In this document: piece after piece, positions 11,135 through 21,955 of the stretch
Layout of the letters: each line of letters starts with the position of its first letter
Numbering within the stretch: the stretch's first letter is position 1
DNA from: Eledone cirrhosa
Taxonomy: Eukaryota
Direction of reading: 5' to 3'
NCBI GenBank assembly: GCA_964016885.1
Contig: OZ024760.1
Location: 34,472,001-34,536,000, forward strand
DNA: 64,000 bases
Translations under genes and position numbers: made by a program
The notes under the pieces: model-generated
Databases searched by the model: none
Seen by the model: only the letters and a program-made list of their open reading frames with translations
Told to the model about the DNA's origin: nothing

Positions 11135-11136
11135 AT

Positions 11137-11307
11137 ATAATAGAAAATCAAAAGATGGTTAAAAGAGTTCCATGTATTTTATTATGCGCATTTCAAAAAC
11201 AAATATCATCATGAGATGACATTAGCGTTTTCGTCATATAAAATAGGGAGACATGATATGAAGGTTAAAAAACACTTGTGAATAGTGCAGTTTTAAATCA
11301 ACATATG
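11137..11307 (-). mobile_element. Solo copy of the palindrome arm with degenerate hammerhead (11175-11245, core ATGACGA)
   Basis: Closely matches the left arm of the 5962-6322 palindrome, ends at the palindrome centre, and is flanked by microsatellite. Confidence 0.88.
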
Positions 11308-11343
11308 AAAAGTGATATATATATATGTGTTTATATATATATC

Positions 11344-11459
11344 ACTTGCTTCAAGTGGGAAAACTCCCGTCCAAACCCATGCAAGCGTGGAACATGGACG
11401 TTAAACGATGATGATGATGATGATGTGTATATTTATATATATATATATATAGATATATA

Positions 11460-11480
<21 letters not shown>
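11344..11480 (+). repeat. Local duplicate of the RTE copy A 3' end, (GAT)n tail and flanking microsatellite
   Basis: Matches 9482-~9620 including the gtgtatatttatat...tagatat flank. Confidence 0.9.
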
Positions 11481-11542
<62 letters not shown>

Positions 11543-11581
11543 GTGTGTATATATATATATATGTGTATATATATATATATA

Positions 11582-11647
<66 letters not shown>

Positions 11648-11652
<5 letters not shown>

Positions 11653-12650
11653 TGATGACACTAAGGTAGCACAGGCAATCAAAAACCCGGCTGACGTTGC
11701 CCTTTTACAATAAGATCTTTATGCCATATACAAATGGGCGGAAGAAAACAACATGCAGTTTAATGCTGTCAAATTCCAAGCCCTACAATGTAAACCTCCA
11801 AACAAACCTGCAAACACAAACTACACAGGACAACACAACTACAACACAACTACACAGGACCAGGAGGGACCGATATCCCCGTGTCAAAATCGATACAAGA
11901 TCTGGGCATAGACATGAGCAATGATGCATCTTTTTCCTCACACATCATGAAAGTGGCGTGAATGTGCAGATGACTCGCTGGCTGGATCTTGAGGACTTTC
12001 CGGACAAGAGACCGAGACACCATGTTGACACTATGGAGGACATTAGTCCTAAGCCGCCTGGACTACTGCTCCCAGTTGTCGTCACCCCTAGTGTCAAACT
12101 AACCACGGAGCTTGAGGCAATCCAGCGAAGCTACACCAAGAGGATTGCCACGATGAAGGAGACAAGCTACTGGGAGAGGCTAAAGGAACTGAACCTCTAC
12201 GCCCTGGAACGAAGACGGGAGAGATACGCAGTGATCTACATTTGGAAAATCCTGGACCGACTAGCACCAAACTTTGGCATTGGGAGCTGGACCAACCGTC
12301 TAACAGGACGTCACTATGTGGTGCCAAAGGTCCCGTCTTCCACATCTAGAATAAGGAACAGGTATTGCAATAGCCTGGGATTCAAGGGCCCTCAACTCTT
12401 CAACAAGCTGCCGAGGGATCTGAGAGATTTGCATGACGTGGAGGTGGATGTCTTCAAGAAACATCTCAACACCTTGTTATCCTAGATCCCGGATGAGCCC
12501 ACAGCAAGGCACGAGGGAAACCTAAGGGCAGCAGCAACAAACTCCCTCTTATACCAGTGGCCAACCTATACAGGCTGGAGATAAAATGTGTAGCAACAAG
12601 GGTGGTGCCCCAGCATGGCCTCAGCCGGATGGCTGAAACAGGTAAAAGAG
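11648..12650 (+). mobile_element. CR1-like non-LTR retrotransposon 3' fragment (degenerate)
   Basis: YADDTKV..LQ*DL..IYKWAEENNMQFN, DLGI, GWILRTF, RLDYCSQL, LEAIQRSYTKRI..YWERLKELNLYALERRRER..IWKIL, spread over several frames. Confidence 0.88.
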
Positions 12651-12713
12651 TATATATATATATATATATATATGTGTATATATATATGTATCTCTGTATA
12701 TATATATATATAT

Positions 12714-13018
12714 GTGGCACATGGCTTAGTGGTTAGAGCATTGGCCTTGCAATCGAAAGGTTGTGAGTTCATTTCTCAGACCGGGTGATGTGTTGTTTCC
12801 TTGAGCAAGACACTTTATTTCACATTGCTCCAGTTAACTCAGCTGTAGAAATGAGATGATAGGGACTGGGGTCCCTACCATTCCACTGCAAAGTGGTCGT
12901 GGAAGTGCCACGGCAAAAAAGCAACCAGCACTCACTGTAAATGAGGTTGGTGTTAGGAAGGGCATCCAGCTGTAGATATCAAGCCAGAATCAGTTCCAGT
13001 CCCACTCTTGCAAGCATG
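12714..13018 (+). mobile_element. tRNA-derived SINE with CORE-like central domain and RTE-derived 3' tail
   Basis: A box TGGCTTAGTGG, B box-like GAGTTCATTTC, central CCTTGAGCAAGACACTT..CAGCTGTAGAAATG, and a tail shared with RTE copy C. Near-identical copy at 19743. Confidence 0.85.
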
Positions 13019-13074
13019 AGTTAGACGGGTTGTCCTGTTGTGGGCAGTGTCCAGTCGGCTGATCTTGACTTGCT

Positions 13075-14090
13075 CATACGGGAACTGATTCTGGCTTGAT
13101 TTCTACAGCTGGATGCCCTTCCTAACACCAACCTCATTTACAGTGAGTGCTGGTACTTTTTTTCCGTAACGCCTGCACGTCCACTTTACAGTGTGGGCTG
13201 GGTGCTTTTTTGCCGTGGCACCTCCACGACCACTTTGCAGTGGGAGGGTGTAGGGGCATATTGTCTATATACTTCAGCTTGTACCCGTGGGGGGTCGGGT
13301 CTTCTGTATTACTGCATGACGCCAGAGGTCACGGTCGTGTGTCATCGCCTTTGAGATGTGTAATTGTGTAAGATCGGCTTTTATCACCTCATCCCAGGTC
13401 TTCTTGGGTCTCCCCACCCCGCGGTTCCCATCGACTTCTAGCCCTCTGCACCTTTTTATGCAGCTGTTATCCTTCATACGCATCACATGTCCATACCAAC
13501 ACAACCGCCTCTCCTGCACACAGCATTTGATTCCTCTTATGCTCAGTCTCTCTCTCAATTCATTTATGCTTTGCCGTTCACGTATATTACTATTACACAT
13601 CCATCGGAGCATGCAGGCTTCGTTTCTTTCTAATCTATGCAAGTCTTCCACAGTCAACGCCCAGGTCTCACTACCATGTAACATTGTTGTTCGGATACAC
13701 GCATCATACAGTCTGCCTTTCATTTTGAGGGAAAAGTCTTTTGCAACTAGCAGTGGCAGTAGCTCCCTGAACTTCTTCCATCCCGTTCTGACCCTAGTTA
13801 TTGTACTTTCTGAACACCCACCTCCACTGCTGATTCGGTCACCTAGGTAGCAGAAGCTGTATACTGTTTCTACAGAGCCCTCCCAGAATTTGGTGGTACT
13901 TGTTTCCTGTGGCTGTTTGCTGCTTGCTGTCCCAGCACAGCTGCTATATATGAAGCCTACATTCTTAGTTAAGCTTCCTGAGATCCTGCTACATCTCTTG
14001 TGTACCCATTGTTTGCATTTGGGGCAGAGAATGGAGTTCCTACCTACACCTTTCCTACATACTGAGCAAGGCTATTTCCCTGAGGGGATC
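13075..14090 (-). mobile_element. RTE-clade LINE 3' fragment, copy C (diverged subfamily)
   Basis: PSGK*PCSVCRKGVGRNSILCPKC..., followed by ORF 13274-13723 MKGRLYDAC..GRPKKTW. The 3' UTR contains GGTTGGTGTTAGGAAGGGCATCCAG. Confidence 0.92.
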
Positions 14091-14125
14091 TATGTATATA
14101 TATGTATCTATGTATATATATATAC

Positions 14126-14885
14126 AGACTGCGCAAACAGGAAAGGAACGAAGCATGCATGCTCCGTTGGATGTGTAATAGTAATATACGTGAACGGCAA
14201 GGCATAAATGAACTAAGTGAGAAATTAGGAATAAGAGGGATCAGATGCTGTTTACTTGAGAGAAGACTACGTTGGTATGGTCGCATGATGTGCATGAAAG
14301 ACGACAGCTGCATAAAAAGTGCAGGGCGATCAAAATTGATGGCAGTTACGGAGTAGGTAGACCCAGAAAAACCTGGGACGATCTGATAAATTCCAACCTT
14401 ACACACTTGCACTTCTCTAAGACAATGTCACTGGACCGAGATCTTTGGTGCTACGTAATAATACAGAAGACCCGCCTTGCCTATGTACAAAGCGAAACCT
14501 ACAGTCAGTAGGCACCTCCTAACCAAATATACACCCCAATCCACTACCCCACCCTATCCTCCCACTCCCACCACACCACCCTCTTTCTGTAAAGTTGGTA
14601 CCACAACATCCAGTCAGAGATAATGAGATCGAGATCGTGTAAGTGTCACGACAAAAAAAAAAACAAAAAAAAACTCTGTAATGTGGCCGTGTAGGTAACA
14701 CGGTAAAAAGTTCCCAGTTCCACACTGTAAATGTGGTTGGTGTTAGGAAGGGCATCCAGCCGTAGAAAGCCTGACAGATAGTCCTATATGAGCGAGACAC
14801 GGCCAACCTGGCCTCAAGTCGCACAACTCCCGTCTAACCCATGCTAGCGTGGAGAATGGACGTTAAACGATGATGATGATGATGA
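14126..14885 (+). mobile_element. RTE-clade LINE short 3' fragment, copy D (A/B-related)
   Basis: ERNEACMLRWMC..RLRWYG..GRPRKTW, a 3' UTR like copy A, and a (GAT)n tail. Confidence 0.92.
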
Positions 14886-15117
14886 TATATATATGTATCT
14901 ATATATATATATATATCTACGTATATACATGTATCTATATATACATATATATATATATCTACGTATATATATGTATCTATTTATATATATGTATCTATGT
15001 ATATATATGTATCTATGTATATATATGTATCTATTTATATATATGTATCTATGTATATATATGTATCTATGTATATATATATATATATGTATCTATGTAT
15101 ATATATGTATCTATGTA
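14885..15117. repeat. TA-rich microsatellite (TATGTATC variants)
   Basis: Direct reading. Confidence 0.95.
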
Positions 15118-15671
15118 TGGCTGGATAATCTTTAAGATTTTCCTCGATGAAGAAGGAAAATGCAGGTTTTCACCATGTCTAACTTAATAGGGGATCAAGA
15201 AAATGAATTTTTTTAATATGCCTTGAAATTTCTGGAAAATTGGATAGACGTAACTCCTCAAAAAAGCCCTAAAAAGCTGAAAAAATGAACTTTTTCACCT
15301 AATGCGGGTCCTAGGCCATAAAAAAGTTGGATTTTCTTTGCTGACAGTACGAAGAAGAGACTGACTAATACATAGTTACAATTTCAAGGAAATCGGTCTG
15401 GCGTAACGCCTCAAAAAACCCCTAAAAACTGAATTAACGCAGTTTTCCACCTAATGTGGGCCCTAGGGGATCAAAAAGTCGAATTTTTTATGTGCATAAC
15501 ACTCCCTGAAACATAAGTAAAGTTTGAAAAAAATCAGTTGGGTACTTCTCGGGTTTCACCCCCACACATATACACATATACATACATACACCATACATAC
15601 ATACATACATACATACATACATACATACATACATACATACATACATACATACATACATACATCCTTCCTCA

Positions 15672-15719
<48 letters not shown>

Positions 15720-16177
15720 TTAAAATAACAGATTAAAGTTTAAGCAAAGAATTGTTGCTTTCACCCTTAACGGGATCTTCTGAAACTAAAAAAATCAATC
15801 TGTGAACGCAGAAGTAAATATTTCGAAAAACGTTGCAACCGAAGGAAAACAGGAAGACGATACTTTGGTTCGTGAAGACGTTCCCTGGCAATGAACGGAT
15901 AATAGCGACCATAATACGTCATCAGTGTTCCTCAGAATGTCGTAATGCAGACAGCCAGGCATACAGAGATATTATAAGAGGGCGACGGAGATGGATAACC
16001 GGCGCCTAACACCCCTTTAACAACAGAAAATTGAAAAATAAAAGCTGCAGTTAATATCTTTAGACCGCAAGGAATATATAAATGCAAGTTTGAAGTCAAT
16101 CGGAGTAGAAATGCGGATTTGTATAGACTTTGCAAAATGAGGACACAGACAGAAAACAACAGTTTTATATATATAGA
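15117..16177 (-). mobile_element. Non-autonomous Helitron-like element, 3'-truncated, interrupted by (CATA)n/(TA)n and a PLE pLTR fragment
   Basis: Minus strand starts TCTATATATATAAAACTG. Positions 15117-15560 and 15930-15987 are reverse-complement homologues of parts of 18889-19729. Confidence 0.65.
15718..15925 (-). mobile_element. Solo pLTR fragment of the Naiad-like PLE family with hammerhead-like motif (15729-15802)
   Basis: Homologous to 3774-~3980. Retains the CAGAAGA core; stem III is GCAA/TTGC. Confidence 0.85.
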
Positions 16178-16734
16178 TATATATATGTGTGTGTGTGTGT
16201 CTTTAAGTTACATCGATTTGTGACTGTTTGGAATGGTACCTTCTAGTAGTGTGTTGTTTAGTTTAGTAAATGTATACATTTAACCAAGCTCATTAGTGTA
16301 AAGCAGATTCTCTGACAGAAAAGGAAAAGACGAAGAAAATATGAAAGATTTTTGAAGAAATTACTTTCTTTAAACACTTTGGCAAAAATCAATATGGAGC
16401 AAGGAATGGTAATCGGTTTTTGACAGTTGGCTCATGTCTTCAGTTTTACATTTACTCATAAATATCATTTTAGAAATAGACAGAAGGAAATATTTTACTA
16501 CAGAGAATATTTTATTGATTGAGAAAATCTGGGGGGGGGGGGGAGTATGTATATGTGCGTGTGTGTATGTGTATGTATCTGTTTGTGTGTGTGCATGTAA
16601 TATGTGCGTGTGTGCATGTGTATGCATCTGTTTGTGTGTGTATGTATGTATCTGGTTGTGTGTGTGTGTGTACGTATCTGTGTGTGTATTATCTCATATT
16701 TATAAGCCAGCTTTAAATGATGATAAATATGTAT

Positions 16735-16850
16735 TATCCCATATATATTTTCATATATTATCCCATATATATTTTCATATATTATCCTATATATATTTTC
16801 ATATATTATCCCATATATATTTTCATGTATTATCCCATGTATATTCATGT
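16735..16850. repeat. 24-bp minisatellite (TATTATCCCATATATATTTTCATA) x~5
   Basis: Direct reading. Confidence 0.9.
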
Positions 16851-16853
16851 ATA

Positions 16854-16990
16854 GGCGGTGAATTGGCAGAGTCATTAGAATGTCAGATAGAATGCTTTAT
16901 GGTGTTCGTTCTGACTCTCTGCTCTCTGAGTTCAAATCCCGCTGAGCTTAACTTCCGAGGTCGATAAAAAATACCAGTCTCGTACCAGGG
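16854..16990 (+). mobile_element. tRNA-derived SINE family 2, diverged and internally deleted copy
   Basis: GGCGGTGAATTGGCAGA..GAGTTCAAATCCCGC..GGTCGATAAAA..TACCAG. Confidence 0.7.
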
Positions 16991-17427
16991 TTGATTCTTC
17001 CTCTCTTTGGCTGTGCTTAGGCCTGGAGAGGGATGGGCTCCGCCAGGATTAAAATGCCCAAGAAACGCTGTATGCCAATATGGCGCCCCTGTGACTCTAT
17101 CAGAAGATACAGGACCATACATACACATACATATTTATATACATTATCTCCTTATAATATATAACCAGCAATTTCTCTGTCTGTCTGTCCGACAGTGGAA
17201 ACACGTGCGCGTGTGGTTGCTATCTCTCTCTCTCTCCAGCTATCCCTCTCTTTTAGTCTGTCTGTTTCACTCACTCTCACTCTTTCTCTTTGTAACACAC
17301 TAACATTCCTCCCCTCTATCGCTGTGACGAATGGGGAGATGGAGGAGGAGGAGAGAGAGTCACTTCGTCACTTCACCTCTGCCTTTCTTTCTCTCCCCTC
17401 TCACTCCCTCATTACGTACAGACATTA

Positions 17428-17617
17428 GGGCGGTGGATTGGCAGAATCTGTAGAGAGTCGGACACCATGCTTCATAGCATGGAGTTACGTCCCTTTACGG
17501 TCTGACTTCAAATACCGCCGAGGTTAACTTTGCCTTTCATCCTCACGGGGTCGATAAAATAAAGTACCAGTAATGTACTGGGTAATTGCTGGCCTTGTGC
17601 CAAAAGTAGAAACAATT
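17428..17617 (+). mobile_element. tRNA-derived SINE family 2 (central GCCTTTCATCC..GGGGTCGATAAAAT..GTACCAG domain, Meta-like from memory)
   Basis: A and B boxes plus a conserved body shared with copies at 18421, 26280, 26845, 27050 and 27316. Confidence 0.85.
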
Positions 17618-17738
17618 CTTAGAAACATTGCTTCATTTTTACATATCTAAGCATTAGTAAAATAACTAATAATTTCAAAAGTAATTTTTCAATTCCAATT
17701 GTTATGAACAGCAAAACATTAATAATAATTTTGTTCTA

Positions 17739-17863
17739 AGAAATATATATACATTTCTGTGTGTGTAATATATATATATACACACAGAAATATATATACA
17801 TTTCTGTGTGTGTAATATATATATATATACAGACAGAAATATATATACATTTCTGTGTGTGTA

Positions 17864-17900
<37 letters not shown>

Positions 17901-17928
17901 GAAATATATATACATTTCTGTGTGTGTA

Positions 17929-17959
<31 letters not shown>

Positions 17960-17968
17960 GAAATATAT
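17739..17968. repeat. Variable-length (~46-60 bp) minisatellite built from alternating palindromes
   Basis: The unit CAGAAATATATATACATTTCTG-TGTGTGTAAT(AT)nACACA is repeated about four times. Confidence 0.9.
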
Positions 17969-18222
17969 CGGCATTTCTCTGTTTGTCTGTCTGTCTGTCC
18001 TTCCCTAAAACTCAAATGTAGGTGCTACAGAAATATTACCTTCCTCTTCCTTCCTCCACTTTGGTACTACCAAGAGAAACCCTGTTGCTATAGAAACATT
18101 ACCTTCCCCTCTCCACTGACTTTGGTCACTGAGGCCGAGGGAATCGCTGGTTGCTATAGAGACACCTTACACAAGCCAGAAGTAACCAGTTCGAGGCGGT
18201 TCTGACTTGACACCATGCCAAG

Positions 18223-18888
18223 TCTACTTATAATATATAATGGGCATTTCTCTGTTTGTTTGTCTGTCTGTCCGTCTGTAAAAAATGCCAAGGAAACAAA
18301 TAGACGCGGTTTCAAATCTCTATTATGCTTTTCAAATTCATTACATTAATCTTTATTTATACGTTTCGCTTTACGAGTGTTTCGACTTACGAGTATTTCG
18401 GCTTACGAGTGTTTCGGCTTATCATGCTTTGACGCATAGAGTTACGGCCCTTGCCATTCTGAGTTCAAATCCCGCCGAGGTTAACTTTGCCTTTCATCCT
18501 TACGGGGGTCGATAAAATAAAGTACCAGTAATACACTGGGTAATTGCTGGCCTTGTGCCAAAAGTAGAAACAATTATATATAAACGTTTCTATTTCCATC
18601 GTTTTATCGTAAACGTTTATATATTTCCATCGTTATATCATAACGTTTATGTATCATAACGTTTATATTTCCGTCACTAATCTCTTTTTCTCCTTTTTCG
18701 TTTTAACATATATTTATTTCAAAGATTTCACCGTATAGATAACATATATATTTATACATGCATAAAAGACACACCGAGAGACGGTGAACATGTGGTGCCG
18801 AAAACATTTCTCATCCAAATCTCAACAATATCAGTATATACACTAGATTTGCTAGCAGAAAACCGCCCACCGGGTGGTTTTCTGCTAG
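18223..18888 (+). mobile_element. Putative non-autonomous Helitron-like element containing a SINE fragment (18421-18576) and a 16-bp minisatellite
   Basis: 5' TCTACTTATAATATATAA..(TCTG)n, with a similar start at 17147. The 3' end is a 17-bp hairpin ending in CTAG. Continuity between the two ends is inferred. Confidence 0.5.
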
Positions 18889-19729
18889 TCTATATATATA
18901 AAACTGACGATGTCTGTCTGTGTGTATGTGAGTTTGAATATTTAAGGGAATGTTCTGAGCAAAAAAAATGTCAAATTTTCACATTAGGCGATTTAGTGAT
19001 CTCTCTCTATAATTCTTAGTTTTTCTCTTTTTAGATAGATACATACGTCGCGCCCTTATAATATCTGTCTGTATGTCTGGATGTCTGCATTACGTCACTT
19101 CCCTGAGGATGTCTGTCTGTGTGTGTGTCTGTGAGTTTGAATCCCTAAAACTCGAGAAGTACCCAACCGATTTTTTTTTAAACTTTACATGTGTATTACT
19201 TGTTTCAAGGAGTGTTATGCACATAAACAAATTCAACTTTTTGATCTCCTAGGGCCTGCATTAGGTGAAAAACTGCGTTTTTTAAGCTTTTTAGGGTTTT
19301 TTTGAGGCGTTACGTCAGACCGATTTCCTTGAAATTGTAACTATGCATTAGTCAGTCTCTTCATACCGTGAGCAAAGAAAATCCAACTTTTTTTATGGCC
19401 TAGGGCCAACATTAGGTGAAAAACTTCATTTTTTCCAGCTTCTTAGGGCCTTTTGGAGGCGTTACGTCTAGCCGATTTTCCCGAAATTTCAAGGCATATT
19501 ATGCACATAAAAAAAATTCATTTTCTTGATCCCCTAGGGCCCGCATTAGGTGAAAACCTACATTTTTCCTGCTTCATCGAGGAAAATCTTAAAGAATATC
19601 CAGCCATCAGAGTATTCGGTTTATTTTCTTTACATATTGTCCAGGCATGCAGTTTTTCCACGATTAGGTCTGTTGGCGGCCCGCGTTCCAAAATACCTTA
19701 TCCCATGCAACGCCGGGTACCGCTGCTAG
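18889..19729 (+). mobile_element. Non-autonomous Helitron-like element
   Basis: 5' TCTATATATATAAAACTG and (TCTG)n; 3' GCAACGCCGGGTACCGCTGCTAG|T; internal ~145-bp subrepeats (ATTAGGTGAAAA x3); no TIR or TSD. A homologue lies inverted at 15117-16177. Confidence 0.72.
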
Positions 19730-19742
19730 TATATATATATAT

Positions 19743-20077
19743 GGAGGCACATGGCTTAGTGGTTAGAGCATTGGCCTTGCAATCGAAAGGTTGTGAGTTC
19801 AATTCTCAGACCGGGTGATGTGTTGTTTCCTTGAGCAAGACACTTTATTTCACATTGCTCCAGTTTACTCAGCTGTAGAAATGAGATGATAGGGACTGGG
19901 GTCTCTATCATTCCACTGCAAAGTGGTCGTGGAGGTGCTATGGTAAAAAAGCACCCAGCACTCACTGTAAATGAGGTTGGTGTTAGGAAGGGCATCCAGC
20001 TGTAGAAATCAAGCCAAAATCAGTTCCCGTCCCACCCTTGCAAGCAGGGAAAAAGCGGACGTAAAATGAAATGAAAT
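19743..20077 (+). mobile_element. Complete tRNA/CORE-like/RTE-tail SINE
   Basis: Near-identical to 12714-13018 and ends GGACGTAAAATGAAATGAAAT. Confidence 0.88.
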
Positions 20078-21430
20078 ATATATACACACACACACACATA
20101 TATATACATATACTACTACTTGGCACTAAACTCTGCCAGTTGCAGACTGCGCATCAACATGAGATATTTTTCTCCACAAAGTTCGATCACCAACAGCAGA
20201 GTTTATATATAATCATATATTTATATGCCAGCATGGAAAAGTGATGAAGTTGATGATATATATTATCCTATATATATTTATATGTATTAACATGTTTATT
20301 TATATACATATATATACACACATGTACATCCCACCTTTCCCCTCTTTCTCATCACATTGTCTAATTCCACCACATCTATCATACGCCCATAACATACTTC
20401 CTAATTCACCATTTAAGGTAAGGAGGGCTCTCCAGTCAAGTCAACGATAGACAACCTCCTAGGTGCTGGTGCCATGATAAAATGCTCTCAGTGGTTGGTG
20501 TTAAGAAGGCCTTCTAGCGATAGAAAGCAAGCCAAAAGTTTGAGATCTCCCTTCAGTCATGGCACAACAACCTCTCTAGTGCTGGTGTCACACAATACCA
20601 ATGAAACTACTTATGATTTTCTAATAACTTTGAAAATAATAAAGAATTTAGAAAGATTTATTAATATAACCATGTTGCTCCCTATTGAGTTGGTGCATGG
20701 AACATACCTTAACAAAGGTTCTTACATAAAATTATGATGAAAGGTTTTTAGATAAATATAAACATTTTAAAATAAACAGTTTTGTATCATAGAACCAAGG
20801 GCCAGTTTCAGTGGTTTGGTATCAAAATGGTTAGGCTGGTGTTTGGAACATAACTTAACAAAGGTATCAAAAGGGTTTGGCTGGTGTTTAGTACATAAAG
20901 ATTCTTACATAAAATTATGATGAAAGGTTTTTAGATAAATATAAACAAATAGCTTTATATCATAAAAGTGGTTTCAGGCGGGGAAGCTTGACTATGAAAA
21001 AGGGTTAAAACAAATTGTAGCAGAGGCGATGAAAAGGTTTATAATTTATGGTATTTTCAGTTGGAGATTTTCCTTCTTTAAATTAGTGAAGTTCTCTGTA
21101 ACTCTGTTTTGACAGTTACTGATTAAAGTAAGGAAATTTACAGACGAGGACCATTTTCTTATTGATTAGAGATATATGAAACTGAAAATATTGATCTGTA
21201 AAGAAAGTATGATAATTTAATTGATTAAATGTTGCTTCAATTATTGAATATGAGGTTGAATGATTGCTGCAATGATTGATTCTTCGTGGGGATGGGGCTG
21301 AGACTAACTAACAAAAATACTAATTCTGACATTGATCAGACAACTTTCATAGTAGAGATTTTATATTTAGTTTTCTATGTTAATTAACATAACTTTTATA
21401 GATGCACTTGGAAATACATTTTAGAAGACA

Positions 21431-21621
21431 TCACCACCACCACCACCACCACTACACAACCACCACCACTGCACAACCACCACCACCACACCACCACCAC
21501 CACTACACCACCACCACCACACCACCACCACTACACCACCACCACTACACCACCACTACACCACCACCACCACCACCGCCACTACACCACCACCACCACC
21601 ACTACACCACCACCACCACCA
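21431..21621. repeat. (CAC)n microsatellite
   Basis: Direct reading. Confidence 0.95.
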
Positions 21622-21955
21622 TCATGCTAGCATGGGTTGCATAGGTGACCATGATCTGAGAGTAGATGGGTCAGAGAACCACGTTATTTATGTAAATATC
21701 CGAGATGGTCTACCACAACAATAACACCAATTTCTTGGGCCATCTCTGAATCAAATATTTTCTTTATTCTCTGTCTCCGTTTGCTGTAATTTCTTTTATT
21801 GATTAACTAATTATGCAATTCACCCCTGATGATATCACCAGGATCTTATGTAACCAAGCCATTAAAATATATATATAGTGTTTTTTGCAACAATGAAACT
21901 TTAAAAGGCTATCACCATTCCGGCCTCCTATTATTTTAATCAAATTATATATATA

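Noticed and set aside
12714-12790. tRNA gene (also at 19743 and 17428)
   Set aside because: The tRNA-like heads continue into SINE body and tail and do not form a complete cloverleaf.
20714-20946. ~50-bp direct duplication (TTCTTACATAAAATTATGATGAAAGGTTTTTAGATAAATATAAACA)
   Set aside because: It is real but looks like an internal duplication in a decayed repeat, with no further structure to support a call.
21402-21644. His/Pro/Thr-rich ORF
   Set aside because: It is a translation of a (CAC)n microsatellite with no splice or coding context.
21820-21915. CTGATGA followed distantly by GAAA as another hammerhead
   Set aside because: No stem I, II or III pairing could be drawn.
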